The position numbers and the translations under genes are program-made. From assembly GCA_937880755.1 (NCBI GenBank), contig CALGRX010000017.1:26737-90736 (forward strand): a DNA stretch of 64,000 nucleotides, read 5' to 3'. Under the pieces are notes generated by a model. The model did not search any database. It saw only the letters and a list, made by a program, of their open reading frames with translations, and was not told the DNA's origin. Shown here piece after piece: positions 26,852 through 36,943 of the stretch (within the stretch, counting starts at the first letter, position 1; each line of letters opens with the position of its first letter). The DNA comes from an uncultured Clostridia bacterium. GTDB taxonomy: Bacteria > Bacillota > Clostridia > Christensenellales > UBA3700.

Positions 26852-28141
26852 ATGGCTAAATATAGATTCGAAACACAACAACTTCACGTAGGGCAAGAGA
26901 CGCCCGATATAGCAACCGATTCGAGAGCGGTTCCTATCTATGCAACCACGTCTTACGTTTTCAAAGATTGCGCGCAAGCGGCAGGCAGATTCGGACTCAC
27001 CGATGCGGGCAACATCTACGGTAGACTTACCAATTCCACCCAAGACGTTCTCGAAAAGAGAATAGCCGCTTTAGAGGGCGGAGTAGCGGGACTTGCACTC
27101 GCTTCGGGCGCCGCAGCGATAACTTACACCATACAAGCATTGGCTCAAAACGGCGGACACGTCGTATCGCAAAAGACGATATACGGTGGCAGTTACAATC
27201 TATTGCAACACACCTTGCCGGCTTTTGGTATCACCACGACCTTTGTCAATATCCACAATCTAGCCGAGGTAGAGAAGGCAATACAAGACAATACCAAACT
27301 CATTTACATTGAAACTTTGGGCAACCCAAACAGCGACATACCGGACATTGACGCATTGGCAAAACTTGCACACAAATACTCTTTGCCACTCGTCGTAGAC
27401 AACACATTCGGCACGCCTTTCCTCATCAGACCGATAGAGCACGGCGCAGACATCGTAGTTCATTCGGCAACTAAATTTATCGGCGGACACGGTACAACTC
27501 TCGGCGGTATTATCGTAGACTCGGGCAAATTCGATTGGGAGAAGTCGGGCAAATTCCCCGCTATTACCGACCCTACGCCAAGTTATCACGGCGTATCCTT
27601 TACCAAGGCGGTAGGTGCAGTGGCGTTCGTCACCTATATCAGAGCTATTTTGCTCAGAGATACGGGTGCGACTATATCTCCGTTTGCGGCATTTTTGCTC
27701 TTGCAAGGCACCGAAACATTGTCTTTGAGACTCGAGCGTCACGCCTACAACACCGCCAAGGTAGTAGAATATCTATCCAAGCATAGATTGGTAGCCAAGG
27801 TAAATCACCCTTCACTTCCCGACCACCCGGACAACGCCTTGTATCGCAAATATTTCCCTAACGGGGGAGGGTCGATATTCACTTTTGACATCAAGGGCGG
27901 ACAAAAAGAAGCTCACAAGTTTATCGACAACCTCAAGATTTTCTCGTTGCTTGCCAACGTAGCCGACGTCAAGAGCTTGGTCATTCACCCTGCGACCACT
28001 ACGCACAGCCAACTCAACGAGCAAGAATTGGAGGAGCAGAACATCAAACAAAGTACAATCAGACTTTCTATCGGCACCGAGCATATCGATGATATTTTGG
28101 AAGATTTAGAACAAGCATTCAAAGCAGTAGAGGAGGATTAA
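26852..28141 (+). CDS. metY: O-acetylhomoserine sulfhydrylase (PLP-dependent Cys/Met metabolism enzyme)
   Basis: FETQQLHVGQE...AVPIYATTSYVF and HSATKFIGGHG (PLP lysine) are typical of MetY/CysD. Confidence 0.85.
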   Translation: MAKYRFETQQLHVGQETPDIATDSRAVPIYATTSYVFKDCAQAAGRFGLTDAGNIYGRLTNSTQDVLEKRIAALEGGVAGLALASGAAAITYTIQALAQNGGHVVSQKTIYGGSYNLLQHTLPAFGITTTFVNIHNLAEVEKAIQDNTKLIYIETLGNPNSDIPDIDALAKLAHKYSLPLVVDNTFGTPFLIRPIEHGADIVVHSATKFIGGHGTTLGGIIVDSGKFDWEKSGKFPAITDPTPSYHGVSFTKAVGAVAFVTYIRAILLRDTGATISPFAAFLLLQGTETLSLRLERHAYNTAKVVEYLSKHRLVAKVNHPSLPDHPDNALYRKYFPNGGGSIFTFDIKGGQKEAHKFIDNLKIFSLLANVADVKSLVIHPATTTHSQLNEQELEEQNIKQSTIRLSIGTEHIDDILEDLEQAFKAVEED

Positions 28142-28143
28142 TT

Positions 28144-29076
28144 ATGAGTGCAATTTATCAATCGGCAGACAGTCTCATCGGCAAAACGCCTTTGTTGAGA
28201 CTCAACAAAATAGAAAAGCAACTTGGTCTTAAGGCGGCAATTATTGCCAAACTTGAGTACATCAACCTTTCGGGCTCTATAAAAGACAGAGTTGCCAAGG
28301 CAATGATAGACGACGCGGAGAAGAGCGGAAAACTCAAACCGGGCAGCACGATTATTGAACCGACTTCCGGCAATACCGGTATAGGTCTGGCAGCGGTAGG
28401 CAGAGCAAAGGGCTACAGAGTAGTTATCGTTATGCCGGAGACGATGTCGGTGGAACGTAGACAACTCATCAAGGCATACGGGGCAGAAATCGTCCTAAGC
28501 GACGGCTCCAAGGGTATGAAAGGCGCAATCCAGAAGGCAAACGAACTTGCGGCAACGATACCGGGCAGTTTCATACCTTCACAGTTTGACAACCCTGCAA
28601 ACCCTCAAACTCACTTTGAGAACACGGGCGTAGAAATTTACGACGATACCGACGGACAGGTAGATATCTTCGTGTCGGGTGTCGGCACGGGCGGTACCAT
28701 AACGGGTGTTGGTAAATATCTCAAATCCAAGAAACCTTCCGTTGAAGTGGTAGCGGTAGAGCCTGCAACTTCGGCAGTCCTATCTACGGGCGTAGCGGGC
28801 GCGCACAAGATACAAGGAATAGGCGCGGGATTCATTCCTAACGTTTTGGACACGGGCGTTTATGACAAGATTATTGCAGTCTCCAACGAAGAGGCCTTCG
28901 AGAAAGGCAAACTTATAGCCACAGTAGAAGGCGTATTGGTTGGCATCTCATCGGGAGCCGCTTTGGCAGCCGCCATCCAATTGGCGCAACAAAAAGAGAA
29001 TGAGGGCAAAAATATAGTCGTCGTATTCCCTGACGGTGGGGATAGGTATCTATCAACTCCACTCTTCGCCGATTGA
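28144..29076 (+). CDS. cysK: Cysteine synthase A (O-acetylserine sulfhydrylase)
   Basis: NLSGSIKDRVA (PLP lysine), TSGNTGIGLA and GVGTGGTITG. Confidence 0.9.
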   Translation: MSAIYQSADSLIGKTPLLRLNKIEKQLGLKAAIIAKLEYINLSGSIKDRVAKAMIDDAEKSGKLKPGSTIIEPTSGNTGIGLAAVGRAKGYRVVIVMPETMSVERRQLIKAYGAEIVLSDGSKGMKGAIQKANELAATIPGSFIPSQFDNPANPQTHFENTGVEIYDDTDGQVDIFVSGVGTGGTITGVGKYLKSKKPSVEVVAVEPATSAVLSTGVAGAHKIQGIGAGFIPNVLDTGVYDKIIAVSNEEAFEKGKLIATVEGVLVGISSGAALAAAIQLAQQKENEGKNIVVVFPDGGDRYLSTPLFAD

Positions 29077-29214
29077 ATATTTGACGACGTATTTACTTCG
29101 TAATACTTTGTCGAGTTTGCGGTAGCGTGTCGGTCACATACAACAAGTATGTTTCCTCACGCCGTCCTCACTCTCCTTGTCTTGCTCGTATCTCCACCGT
29201 CAACGATAGCACGA

Positions 29215-29246
29215 CAAAAATGCACCTATGGATTTTCCATAGGTGC
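29215..29246 (-). terminator. Rho-independent terminator downstream of tRNA-Thr
   Basis: On the minus strand: GCACCTATGG AAAAT CCATAGGTGC followed by ATTTTTG. Confidence 0.75.
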
Positions 29247-29251
29247 TAATA

Positions 29252-29327
<76 letters not shown>

Positions 29328-29370
29328 AATTTAGTTTGCTCACTTATTATATAGGACAAAATTGTCTTTG

Positions 29371-30303
29371 TCAATGTTTTGACTTTATTTTTCTCAAATC
29401 TATTCCGTCAATATAGGTAGCGAAAGCGTATGGTTTATTGCAAATGCGAGAAAAAGCCCTTTCGCCGTATCTATTGATGAATTGATCGGCAGTAAGGTTG
29501 GTGGACAAAATGGTCTTTTTTCCGTGGCTTATACGCCAGTCGACTATCGACAAAAAGTATTCGAGCGACACGTTTTTATACATTGGCTCTGTGCCTAAGT
29601 CGTCTATTATTAGCAAATCGCATTGGAATAGACAATCGAACAGTTCGTTCATCGTTTGTTCGTTTGAGGTGTGTTTGGCTAAAGTAATTCTACCCAATTC
29701 AAACGCCGTCACGTATATAACGTACTTGCCGTTTTCTATCATTTTGTTGGCAATGCAAGAGAGTAGGGAGGTTTTACCTATACCTACCGTACCTGAAATA
29801 TAAAACGAGAGCAATTTTGAGCTGTCAAAGTTGTCGCAAAACTTTTGGAACATAGGGTATAGCTCTTGCATTTTTTCGTTTACGCCCAATTCTTCAAATC
29901 TATTGTCTTCAAATCTAAAGTCGGGCAACGGTGAAAAACGCGCTTTATCTCTTAACAATTCTATATATGCCTTAAGGAAACATTTGCAAGGTTTATCGTC
30001 CACCCAACCCTTATCTTGACAAATAGGGCATTGATAGTGAGGCTCAATGTCTATGTTGTGGTTTGTTACGTATTCGTCGTAGGCTTTGGTGGCTTCGTCC
30101 AAGCGTTGTCTTAGGTCGCCCGCATCCAACTTGTAGACGCTTCTTCTAGACAGTTCGTTTTCGAGGCTTCTTTTGGCAGTATACAACTCGCAAAAACGCC
30201 TATCTTGCATAGCGCTGGCAACGCGAACCGAACGGTCGTGTTCGGCTTGTAGGCGCTTATTGCTAAATTTGGCGTTGAGTTTAGTTATAAATTGTTTATC
30301 CAT
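29371..30303 (-). CDS. dnaI: DnaI/DnaC-like helicase loader (AAA+)
   Basis: N-terminal zinc motif CPICQDKGW..KPCKC, Walker A GTVGIGKT, Walker B LLIIDDLG. Overlaps the stop of the upstream DnaD-domain gene. Confidence 0.7.
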   Translation of the reverse strand: MDKQFITKLNAKFSNKRLQAEHDRSVRVASAMQDRRFCELYTAKRSLENELSRRSVYKLDAGDLRQRLDEATKAYDEYVTNHNIDIEPHYQCPICQDKGWVDDKPCKCFLKAYIELLRDKARFSPLPDFRFEDNRFEELGVNEKMQELYPMFQKFCDNFDSSKLLSFYISGTVGIGKTSLLSCIANKMIENGKYVIYVTAFELGRITLAKHTSNEQTMNELFDCLFQCDLLIIDDLGTEPMYKNVSLEYFLSIVDWRISHGKKTILSTNLTADQFINRYGERAFSRICNKPYAFATYIDGIDLRKIKSKH

Positions 30304-31763
30304 TATACTAGTTCTCCCAAGTCGTCTATACTACTAAAGAATGCAGATAGTTCTTCTTTGGTATATTTTCTGTCGCTCACGTTAAAATAACTACACTTAT
30401 TGTTGCCAATAGTTTCATTTTTTTCGGTGGTTTTATTACTATACGCCTTGATTGCCTCCAAGTTGTCGAGCCCTGCTTGTCTCCAGCGCGATATCAAAGA
30501 ATGTACGTTGCCCATAGGGTAGTTCTTGCCCACGCTAAGAGAACAAGCGTATAGTATAATCTCGTCGTCGACGCACCAAGACTTCCACACGGCGTATTGT
30601 TCTCTATCGGTTTTATTGACTGTGCGACAAGTACCGCAAGCCTCCAACAATTTGGCGATAGTTTTGTCGATATCGGCAAGCTCGGATAGGTATTCGTTGA
30701 TAGCTTGCACGCTCAGTCTACCTTCTTTGACGAACTTATTTGCCACGTGGTTCATACCTTCCAGCGTGCGTATAGAGGTGGAGAAACAGTATTCCGCTAT
30801 CAATAGGATAGCGTCCTCTTCCAAGCCTTTGACAAGCCAAGGCGAGATATATTTTTCCACCACGCTTTCTACGTTTTCGTAGAATAGTCCTAGGTTCTTA
30901 TTGACGGCAATGGCGAGGTCTTTGAGGTGTTGCTTGTTTTTGATATAAGCCACCGCTTCGTTTTGACTTACGGCGTTGTTGCGGAAGCACTCGTCCAGCA
31001 TAGCGTCGAGCTTAGCCATACTCGTCTTGATTTTTGCCGTCTTGATTACGGCTAACACCGTCTGCAATTCAAAGCCCCAATTTTTGGTCCATTTGATATA
31101 TAGGTCTTTGTCGTCCACGCTCATGTCCGACTTTTTGTTTAGGGCTTTTCCTACTGCTCGCAGTCCTTCGCTAGTTAGCTCCAGCATAGTTATACGCGCT
31201 TCCACGTCTTCGATGCTTCTCACGCCGTCGCTCAGCCAATTTTTAGCTACTGCAATGACGTAATTAGCTTTGATTTTTTCGTTTTTGATACCGACGCAAT
31301 AGCGAGCAATCATCAATAGCACTTCGGGTGCCATTTTGCTCTCTTCCAAAAATTCGTAGTAAGGAAGATATTGCGAAGGAAGGGTAAGATTTTCGCCGAA
31401 TATGCTCTCTAGTTGTCTATTGAATTCTGCGTATTTCTCTGCTTTATAGTGCTTTTTGAAGCCCGCCTGCGAGAGGGTGTTGTACTTGACAGAGAGAGGA
31501 GAAAGCCCCGTCACGCTCACCAAGCCAAGTTCCGCCAAACCGCTATACGCTTTTTCCACGTCCTCGGCTTGCAACTCTAGTACGGCGCACATATTGTCCA
31601 CGCAGTTGTCAACCGACATCGGACAAGTGGACAAATACAAGCCGTAGAGGTACACCTTGAGTTGTATCTCGTCGCACAGTGGCATATAATCGGTTATAAA
31701 CTTGTTTTTCAGCAACGTATATCCGTTGTCGTCCAGCGTTGCCGAGGTTGTGCAAAAATTCAT
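30303..31763 (-). CDS. DnaD-domain replication initiation / membrane attachment protein (B. subtilis DnaB-type)
   Basis: The size, the N-terminus FITDYMPLCDEIQLKVYLYGLYL and repeated DnaD-like segments point this way. The pairing with dnaI matches the B. subtilis dnaB-dnaI operon. Confidence 0.6.
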   Translation of the reverse strand: MNFCTTSATLDDNGYTLLKNKFITDYMPLCDEIQLKVYLYGLYLSTCPMSVDNCVDNMCAVLELQAEDVEKAYSGLAELGLVSVTGLSPLSVKYNTLSQAGFKKHYKAEKYAEFNRQLESIFGENLTLPSQYLPYYEFLEESKMAPEVLLMIARYCVGIKNEKIKANYVIAVAKNWLSDGVRSIEDVEARITMLELTSEGLRAVGKALNKKSDMSVDDKDLYIKWTKNWGFELQTVLAVIKTAKIKTSMAKLDAMLDECFRNNAVSQNEAVAYIKNKQHLKDLAIAVNKNLGLFYENVESVVEKYISPWLVKGLEEDAILLIAEYCFSTSIRTLEGMNHVANKFVKEGRLSVQAINEYLSELADIDKTIAKLLEACGTCRTVNKTDREQYAVWKSWCVDDEIILYACSLSVGKNYPMGNVHSLISRWRQAGLDNLEAIKAYSNKTTEKNETIGNNKCSYFNVSDRKYTKEELSAFFSSIDDLGELV

Positions 31764-31918
31764 AAAACTCCTTGAAGTAGCGATAAAAATGTGTTACAAT
31801 CAAACTGCAGTATATAAAATAATACCATATTTATCAAAAATATCAAGTCTTTTGTCGAAAAGTTTTTTTGTATACAAAATATAGTGTCCAATGACTTTTT
31901 AGACCACAACGAGGGCAA

Positions 31919-32857
31919 ATGGCAATTATATCAATCAAGGGTCTTACCAAGACGTATAAGACCAAAAACAAAACGGCTAGCAAGCTTGACAGTCAACGTA
32001 TCACGGCTGTCGACAACGTGACCTTGGATATCGAAGAGGGCGAAATTTTCGGGCTTGTCGGTTCCAACGGCGCCGGCAAAACCACGCTCATCAAGCTTAT
32101 GCTCGGGCTTACTAAGGCCGACGGCGGTAACGTGACGATATGCGGATACGATAGCGCCAAGGACAGCGAACAAGTCTTGTCAAGGGTAGGTGCAATAGTA
32201 GAAGAACCTACCCTTTTCAAGGATATGACGGGTATGCAAAACCTTAGGTTGCTTGCAAAGCTTGGCGGCGGATTGCCACAGTCAAGGATAGACCAAGTGG
32301 TGGAGATTGTCGGCTTGAAGGAGCGTATCAACACCAAGTTTTCCACCTATTCTTTGGGCATGCGTCAAAGACTCGGCATTGCGCAGGCGATAATGCACTC
32401 TCCTAAGGTATTGTTGCTAGACGAGCCAATCAACGGCTTCGATCCTCAAGGCATAATCGAGATGAGAGATATTTTACGTAGACTAGCCAAAGAATACGGC
32501 ACGACGATACTCATATCCTCGCATATTTTGTCGGAGCTCGAAGAGTTGTGCGACAGAGTTGGCATAATGAAGCAAGGTAAACTCATTGCCGTCGACACGC
32601 TTGCCAATCTTCAAAAGGACAACAGCGAGATTATTTTGCGCTTGACTTGTAGCGACGTTGTCATGGCGGCGCAAATCATCGGAGAGTTGGAGGGCATACA
32701 AGTCAAGATTGTTGACCAATACGTCTACGTCAAATGCGCGACGGAGCAACAAATAAGCGACGTCACGGCGGCGTTGGTCGGGGCAGGCGTAGCCATTACT
32801 TCTATCAACACCAAGAAGAAAACGCTAGAACAGATTTATATGGAGACGGTAAAATGA
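31919..32857 (+). CDS. ABC transporter ATP-binding protein
   Basis: Walker A GSNGAGKTT, signature YSLGMRQRL, Walker B LLLDEP. Confidence 0.85.
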   Translation: MAIISIKGLTKTYKTKNKTASKLDSQRITAVDNVTLDIEEGEIFGLVGSNGAGKTTLIKLMLGLTKADGGNVTICGYDSAKDSEQVLSRVGAIVEEPTLFKDMTGMQNLRLLAKLGGGLPQSRIDQVVEIVGLKERINTKFSTYSLGMRQRLGIAQAIMHSPKVLLLDEPINGFDPQGIIEMRDILRRLAKEYGTTILISSHILSELEELCDRVGIMKQGKLIAVDTLANLQKDNSEIILRLTCSDVVMAAQIIGELEGIQVKIVDQYVYVKCATEQQISDVTAALVGAGVAITSINTKKKTLEQIYMETVK

Positions 32858-33852
32858 AGAGCTTTTCCAATGCCTTTGCGGGCGAGTGTTTCAAAATATT
32901 CAGAAAGGGCAAGATATTTATTTTGCTCGGCGTGCTCGTAGCGTTAGCGCTTCTGCTTACCTTTGGCTACGAGATATTGCAAGATTTTGGCGGTGCGTTC
33001 GATATCAATATTGATATGGAAACGATAGACGAAGAGATAGCTATGCTAGAGGAGAATATTGCCAACTATACTCCCGCTATCAAGGACGGACTTGTGAACA
33101 ACTCGTTGTACGAGCTCAAGGCAACTTTGGCGTATCTCAAATATCTCAAAGCTAACAATTTGCGCTCCGGCGACTTTGTCGTAGCAGGTCAAGAGGGGTT
33201 GGATAGCGCAGGCTATATTGACGCCGTTCTCAACTCGGCGTTTAGCATAATCACGCTTTTTGCAGTAATAATAATTTGCAGAAGTTGGGGTGGAGAAAAG
33301 TCCGACGGCACTCTCAAAATGCAATTATTGCGACCCGTCGGTAGAAAAAAGATGTACGGCGCCAAAGTGCTCAGCGTTTGGTGTATCAGCGCGCTGGCAT
33401 TTATCGCCTTGATATTGTTTGCACAAATAGTAGCTATGATCAAGTTCAGCGTTGCCACCAAGAAGGTGATTTACGTCTTAGGTGCAACTAAAGTGGGCGT
33501 GATGCCTTATATGGGGTATCTTGCTTTGCAGATAGTATTCAAGCTGTTCGCGCTATTTGCATATATCCAATTCGGCGCGTTAATGTGCAATCTTACGTGG
33601 AAAAAGGGCAACGGCATGGCGCTTGCAATTTTGGCGTGCATATTTGCTTCCAACTTGGAGACGTTGCTCGGCTACCTTTACGTGGGCTACGTAGGTATGT
33701 TTATCAACCTCGAATTTATGTCGGCTCTCAGCTTGACGGGTCCTGCACTCAGAGGTATGAATCTCGTTTCGATGATAATCATATCTATGGTCTATCAAGT
33801 AGCCTTTGCCATATTCAATCTCTATCACGCCGAGCGTTGCGATTTAGCTTAA
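32854..33852 (+). CDS. ABC-2 type transporter permease
   Basis: ATGA overlap with the ATPase gene. N-terminal TM, a large extracytoplasmic loop, then 5 TM helices. The track start 32734 lies inside the ATPase gene. Confidence 0.65.
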   Translation: MKSFSNAFAGECFKIFRKGKIFILLGVLVALALLLTFGYEILQDFGGAFDINIDMETIDEEIAMLEENIANYTPAIKDGLVNNSLYELKATLAYLKYLKANNLRSGDFVVAGQEGLDSAGYIDAVLNSAFSIITLFAVIIICRSWGGEKSDGTLKMQLLRPVGRKKMYGAKVLSVWCISALAFIALILFAQIVAMIKFSVATKKVIYVLGATKVGVMPYMGYLALQIVFKLFALFAYIQFGALMCNLTWKKGNGMALAILACIFASNLETLLGYLYVGYVGMFINLEFMSALSLTGPALRGMNLVSMIIISMVYQVAFAIFNLYHAERCDLA

Positions 33853-33919
33853 TAGATAGGCTAATATACGATTTTAGCGACACGTATCGAGTTTTTTCGA
33901 GTTTTTAAGTAGAGGACTG

Positions 33920-34177
33920 CTATTCTTTGCAGTCCTCTACTATCAATATATCGCCGTCAAAACTTTCTACGAAGTCGTCTTTTTTGAATTTGGCGTTGTG
34001 GAAATCTACGAAGTTGCGATAGTGCGTAGGCAATACTATCGGAGTAGGCAAATCGAGGTCGTGACATATTTCTCTTAGTACTTCTTCGAGGTCGGCGAGA
34101 CACCCGACGTTGTTGCAAACGACTATTTTGTCCTTTATCATTTTGTTGTCTTCTAACAATCGTATCCACAGTTTCAT
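33920..34177 (-). CDS. Hypothetical small protein
   Basis: 85-codon ORF starting from MKLWIRLLED. The start is uncertain. I recognise no family. Confidence 0.4.
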   Translation of the reverse strand: MKLWIRLLEDNKMIKDKIVVCNNVGCLADLEEVLREICHDLDLPTPIVLPTHYRNFVDFHNAKFKKDDFVESFDGDILIVEDCKE

Positions 34178-34239
34178 AGATATATTGTACGCAAATTTTG
34201 TCCTAATTGTCAACGAATAGTAATAGTAGTAACTTTTGT

Positions 34240-34282
34240 TTGTCAAAAAGGACTTGACAAAACTAGGTTATACGATTAAAAT
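34240..34282 (+). promoter_or_regulatory. rex promoter with an overlapping palindrome (candidate Rex operator)
   Basis: TTGTCAA-N7-TTGACAA at 34240-34260. The right half supplies the -35 TTGACA, followed by a 17-nt spacer and TAAAAT (34277-34282). Confidence 0.5.
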
Positions 34283-34306
34283 AATTATAATATTTTAGGG
34301 GGCGTT

Positions 34307-34930
34307 ATGCAAAAAAAAGTTGTTTCCGAAGCAGTCGTCAAGAGATTGCCCAAATATTACCGAGCAGTCAAAAACCTCTCCGACCAAGGCGTAACTAAGA
34401 TATCTTCCAACGCGCTAGCCGGTATGCTAGGCATCACTGCATCTCAAGTTAGGCAAGACTTTTGCAATTTCGGCGGATTTGGTCAGCAAGGATACGGATA
34501 CGACGTAGCCAAACTCAAACAAGAGCTGGCAACCATAATGGGGCTTGACCACGACTACAACGTAGTCATAATCGGCGCGGGCAACATAGGTAGAGCGTTG
34601 GGTGGCTATCAAGGCTTCGAAAAGTACGGATTTAAGGTAAGAGCAATGTTCGACTCCAATCCCGTCATCGACAACGTTGGCGGTATCAAGGTCTATAATA
34701 TGTCGCAATTCGAGTCCTACGTCAAGGACAACTCGGTAGATATGGCTGTTATTGCAACGCCTAAGTCCGCTGCACAGAGCGTCGCAGACAAAATAATAAG
34801 TTGTGGCATCAAGAGTATTTGGAATTTTGCACCTATTGATTTAGAGGTACCCGACTACGTTTCTATCGAGAACATATCTATGTCGGAGAGCCTATTGGTG
34901 CTGAGTTATAGAACGAAAAACAACGTATAA
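34307..34930 (+). CDS. rex: Redox-sensing transcriptional repressor Rex
   Basis: VKRLPKYYR...ISSNALAGMLGITASQVRQDF...GYGYDV and the Rossmann motif IIGAGNIGRAL. Confidence 0.9.
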   Translation: MQKKVVSEAVVKRLPKYYRAVKNLSDQGVTKISSNALAGMLGITASQVRQDFCNFGGFGQQGYGYDVAKLKQELATIMGLDHDYNVVIIGAGNIGRALGGYQGFEKYGFKVRAMFDSNPVIDNVGGIKVYNMSQFESYVKDNSVDMAVIATPKSAAQSVADKIISCGIKSIWNFAPIDLEVPDYVSIENISMSESLLVLSYRTKNNV

Positions 34931-34940
34931 GGAGTGAGTT

Positions 34941-35417
34941 ATGGCAGACGAATTTATCTTTTCTCAAGCAGGAAGAGACAAGCTGGAGCAAAAACTAAAA
35001 GAATACGAGACGGTCAAAAGGAGAGAGCTGATTGCCAGAATAGCCGAGGCTAGAGAGTACGGCGATCTTTCCGAGAACGCCGAGTACAAGTCGGCAAAGG
35101 AAGAGTACGATTTGCTCGAGCGCGCTATCGACGAGATGAAATATCAACTCGAGCACGCCGTCATCATCGACAGCAAAGACGGCGAGGAGGGCGTAGTCAA
35201 TATCGGCAACACCGTCACCTTCTACGATATGGATATGGAAGAAGAGTTTACCTATCAAATTCTCGGACACACCGAGGCTTCTATCGAAGACGGTATTATC
35301 AGCAACGAGTCGCCACTTGCGCAAGCCATTTTGGGACGCAAGACAGGTGAAGAGGTCGACGTGGTTATCAAAAACGGCGACTCTTACAAAATCAAAATTT
35401 TGGATATCAAAAAATAA
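34941..35417 (+). CDS. greA: Transcription elongation factor GreA
   Basis: [19 protein letters not shown] and the C-terminal [20 protein letters not shown]. Confidence 0.9.
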   Translation: MADEFIFSQAGRDKLEQKLKEYETVKRRELIARIAEAREYGDLSENAEYKSAKEEYDLLERAIDEMKYQLEHAVIIDSKDGEEGVVNIGNTVTFYDMDMEEEFTYQILGHTEASIEDGIISNESPLAQAILGRKTGEEVDVVIKNGDSYKIKILDIKK

Positions 35418-35437
35418 ACTACCCAAAGGACATAGAG

Positions 35438-36907
35438 ATGGAACAAGAAAATTTAAACGACATACTCAAGGCACGTAGAGAAAAACTCGACAATCTTATT
35501 GCTATGGGCAAAAATCCTTTTGAAATAGTCAAATTCGACAAGGACGCCTACGCCCAAGTTATCAAGGATAATTACGACGAGTACGCCGACAAAAAGGTGC
35601 GTATTGCCGGTCGTCTTATATCCAAGAGAGTTATGGGTAAGGCAAGCTTCGGACACGTGCTCGACGGCACGGGTAGTATCCAACTTTACGTCAGCAGAGA
35701 CTCTCTCGGCGAAGAAAACTACGCCGAGTTTAAGAAGTACGACATAGGCGACATCGTGGGCGTAGAGGGCGTGGTATTTACCACCAAGATGGGCGAGATA
35801 TCCATTCACGCCGAAAAGATGGTATTGCTCTCCAAATCGTTGTTGCCGTTGCCTGAGAAGTTTCACGGACTTACCAACACCGACCTTAGATATCGTCAAA
35901 GATACGTAGACCTCATCGCCAATCCCGAGGTTAAAGAAACCTTCGTTATGCGCAGTCGCATCATCAGTGCCATACGTTCTTTCTTGGACGGTGAGGGCTT
36001 CGTCGAGGTAGACACACCTATCCTCAACACCATAGCCGGCGGAGCGAGCGCAAGACCTTTTATCACCCACCACAACACCTTGGACATTGACATGTACATG
36101 CGCATTGCGCCCGAGCTTTATCTCAAGAGGCTCATCGTAGGCGGATTTGAAAAGGTGTACGAAATGGGTAGACTTTTCCGCAACGAGGGCATGGACCCTA
36201 AGCACAATCCGGAGTTCACCACGGTAGAGCTCTACGAAGCATATACCGACTATCATCATATGATGGACCTCACCGAGAGACTCTTCGAGCATATCGCGCT
36301 CACCACCAAAGGCACTACGGAGATAGAGTACCAAGGCACGCCTATATCCTTGGCAAGACCTTGGAAGAAGATGAGTATGGTAGAGGCGGTCAAAGAGTTT
36401 ACGGGTATAGACTTTGACGCAACGGACGACGTAGAAGCACTCAAAAAGCAAGCCGAAAGTGTAGGCGTAGGCTTGGCGGACAACTTGACTTGGGGCAAGC
36501 TTCTCTACGAAGTATTCGACCAAAAGGTAGAGGAGCATCTCGTTCAACCAACCTTTATTCTCGACTATCCCGTTGAGGTTTCGCCACTTGCTAAGCGCAA
36601 GCCAACCGACAACAGACTTACCGAGAGATTTGAGTTCTTTATCACGTCGAGAGAGATGGGCAACGCTTTCTCCGAGCTCAACGATCCAATCGATCAAAAG
36701 GCAAGATTTATGGCTCAAGTAGCCGAGAGAGAGAATGGCGACGACGAGGCTCAAATGATGGACGAAGATTACGTCAACGCATTGATGTACGGACTTCCAC
36801 CTACGGGCGGACTTGGCATCGGCGTGGATAGATTGGTAATGTTGTTTACCGACCAATTTAGTATCAGAGACGTTTTGTTGTTCCCGACGATGAAACCAAA
36901 CAAATAA
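35438..36907 (+). CDS. lysS: Lysine--tRNA ligase (class II)
   Basis: OB-fold N-domain, [15 protein letters not shown] (motif 2) and [11 protein letters not shown] (motif 3). Confidence 0.95.
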   Translation: MEQENLNDILKARREKLDNLIAMGKNPFEIVKFDKDAYAQVIKDNYDEYADKKVRIAGRLISKRVMGKASFGHVLDGTGSIQLYVSRDSLGEENYAEFKKYDIGDIVGVEGVVFTTKMGEISIHAEKMVLLSKSLLPLPEKFHGLTNTDLRYRQRYVDLIANPEVKETFVMRSRIISAIRSFLDGEGFVEVDTPILNTIAGGASARPFITHHNTLDIDMYMRIAPELYLKRLIVGGFEKVYEMGRLFRNEGMDPKHNPEFTTVELYEAYTDYHHMMDLTERLFEHIALTTKGTTEIEYQGTPISLARPWKKMSMVEAVKEFTGIDFDATDDVEALKKQAESVGVGLADNLTWGKLLYEVFDQKVEEHLVQPTFILDYPVEVSPLAKRKPTDNRLTERFEFFITSREMGNAFSELNDPIDQKARFMAQVAERENGDDEAQMMDEDYVNALMYGLPPTGGLGIGVDRLVMLFTDQFSIRDVLLFPTMKPNK

Positions 36908-36912
36908 AATTC

Positions 36913-36936
36913 GGCAGTCCGAGGACTGCCTTTTTT
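36913..36936 (+). terminator. Rho-independent terminator after lysS
   Basis: GGCAGTCC GA GGACTGCC followed by TTTTTT. Confidence 0.8.
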
Positions 36937-36943
36937 GAGTGAT

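Noticed and set aside
33908-33941. 13-bp perfect inverted repeat AGTAGAGGACTGC / GCAGTCCTCTACT as a bidirectional terminator
   Set aside because: No U-tract follows it on either strand, and its right arm lies inside the 3' end of the 33920-34177 ORF. Its function is unclear.
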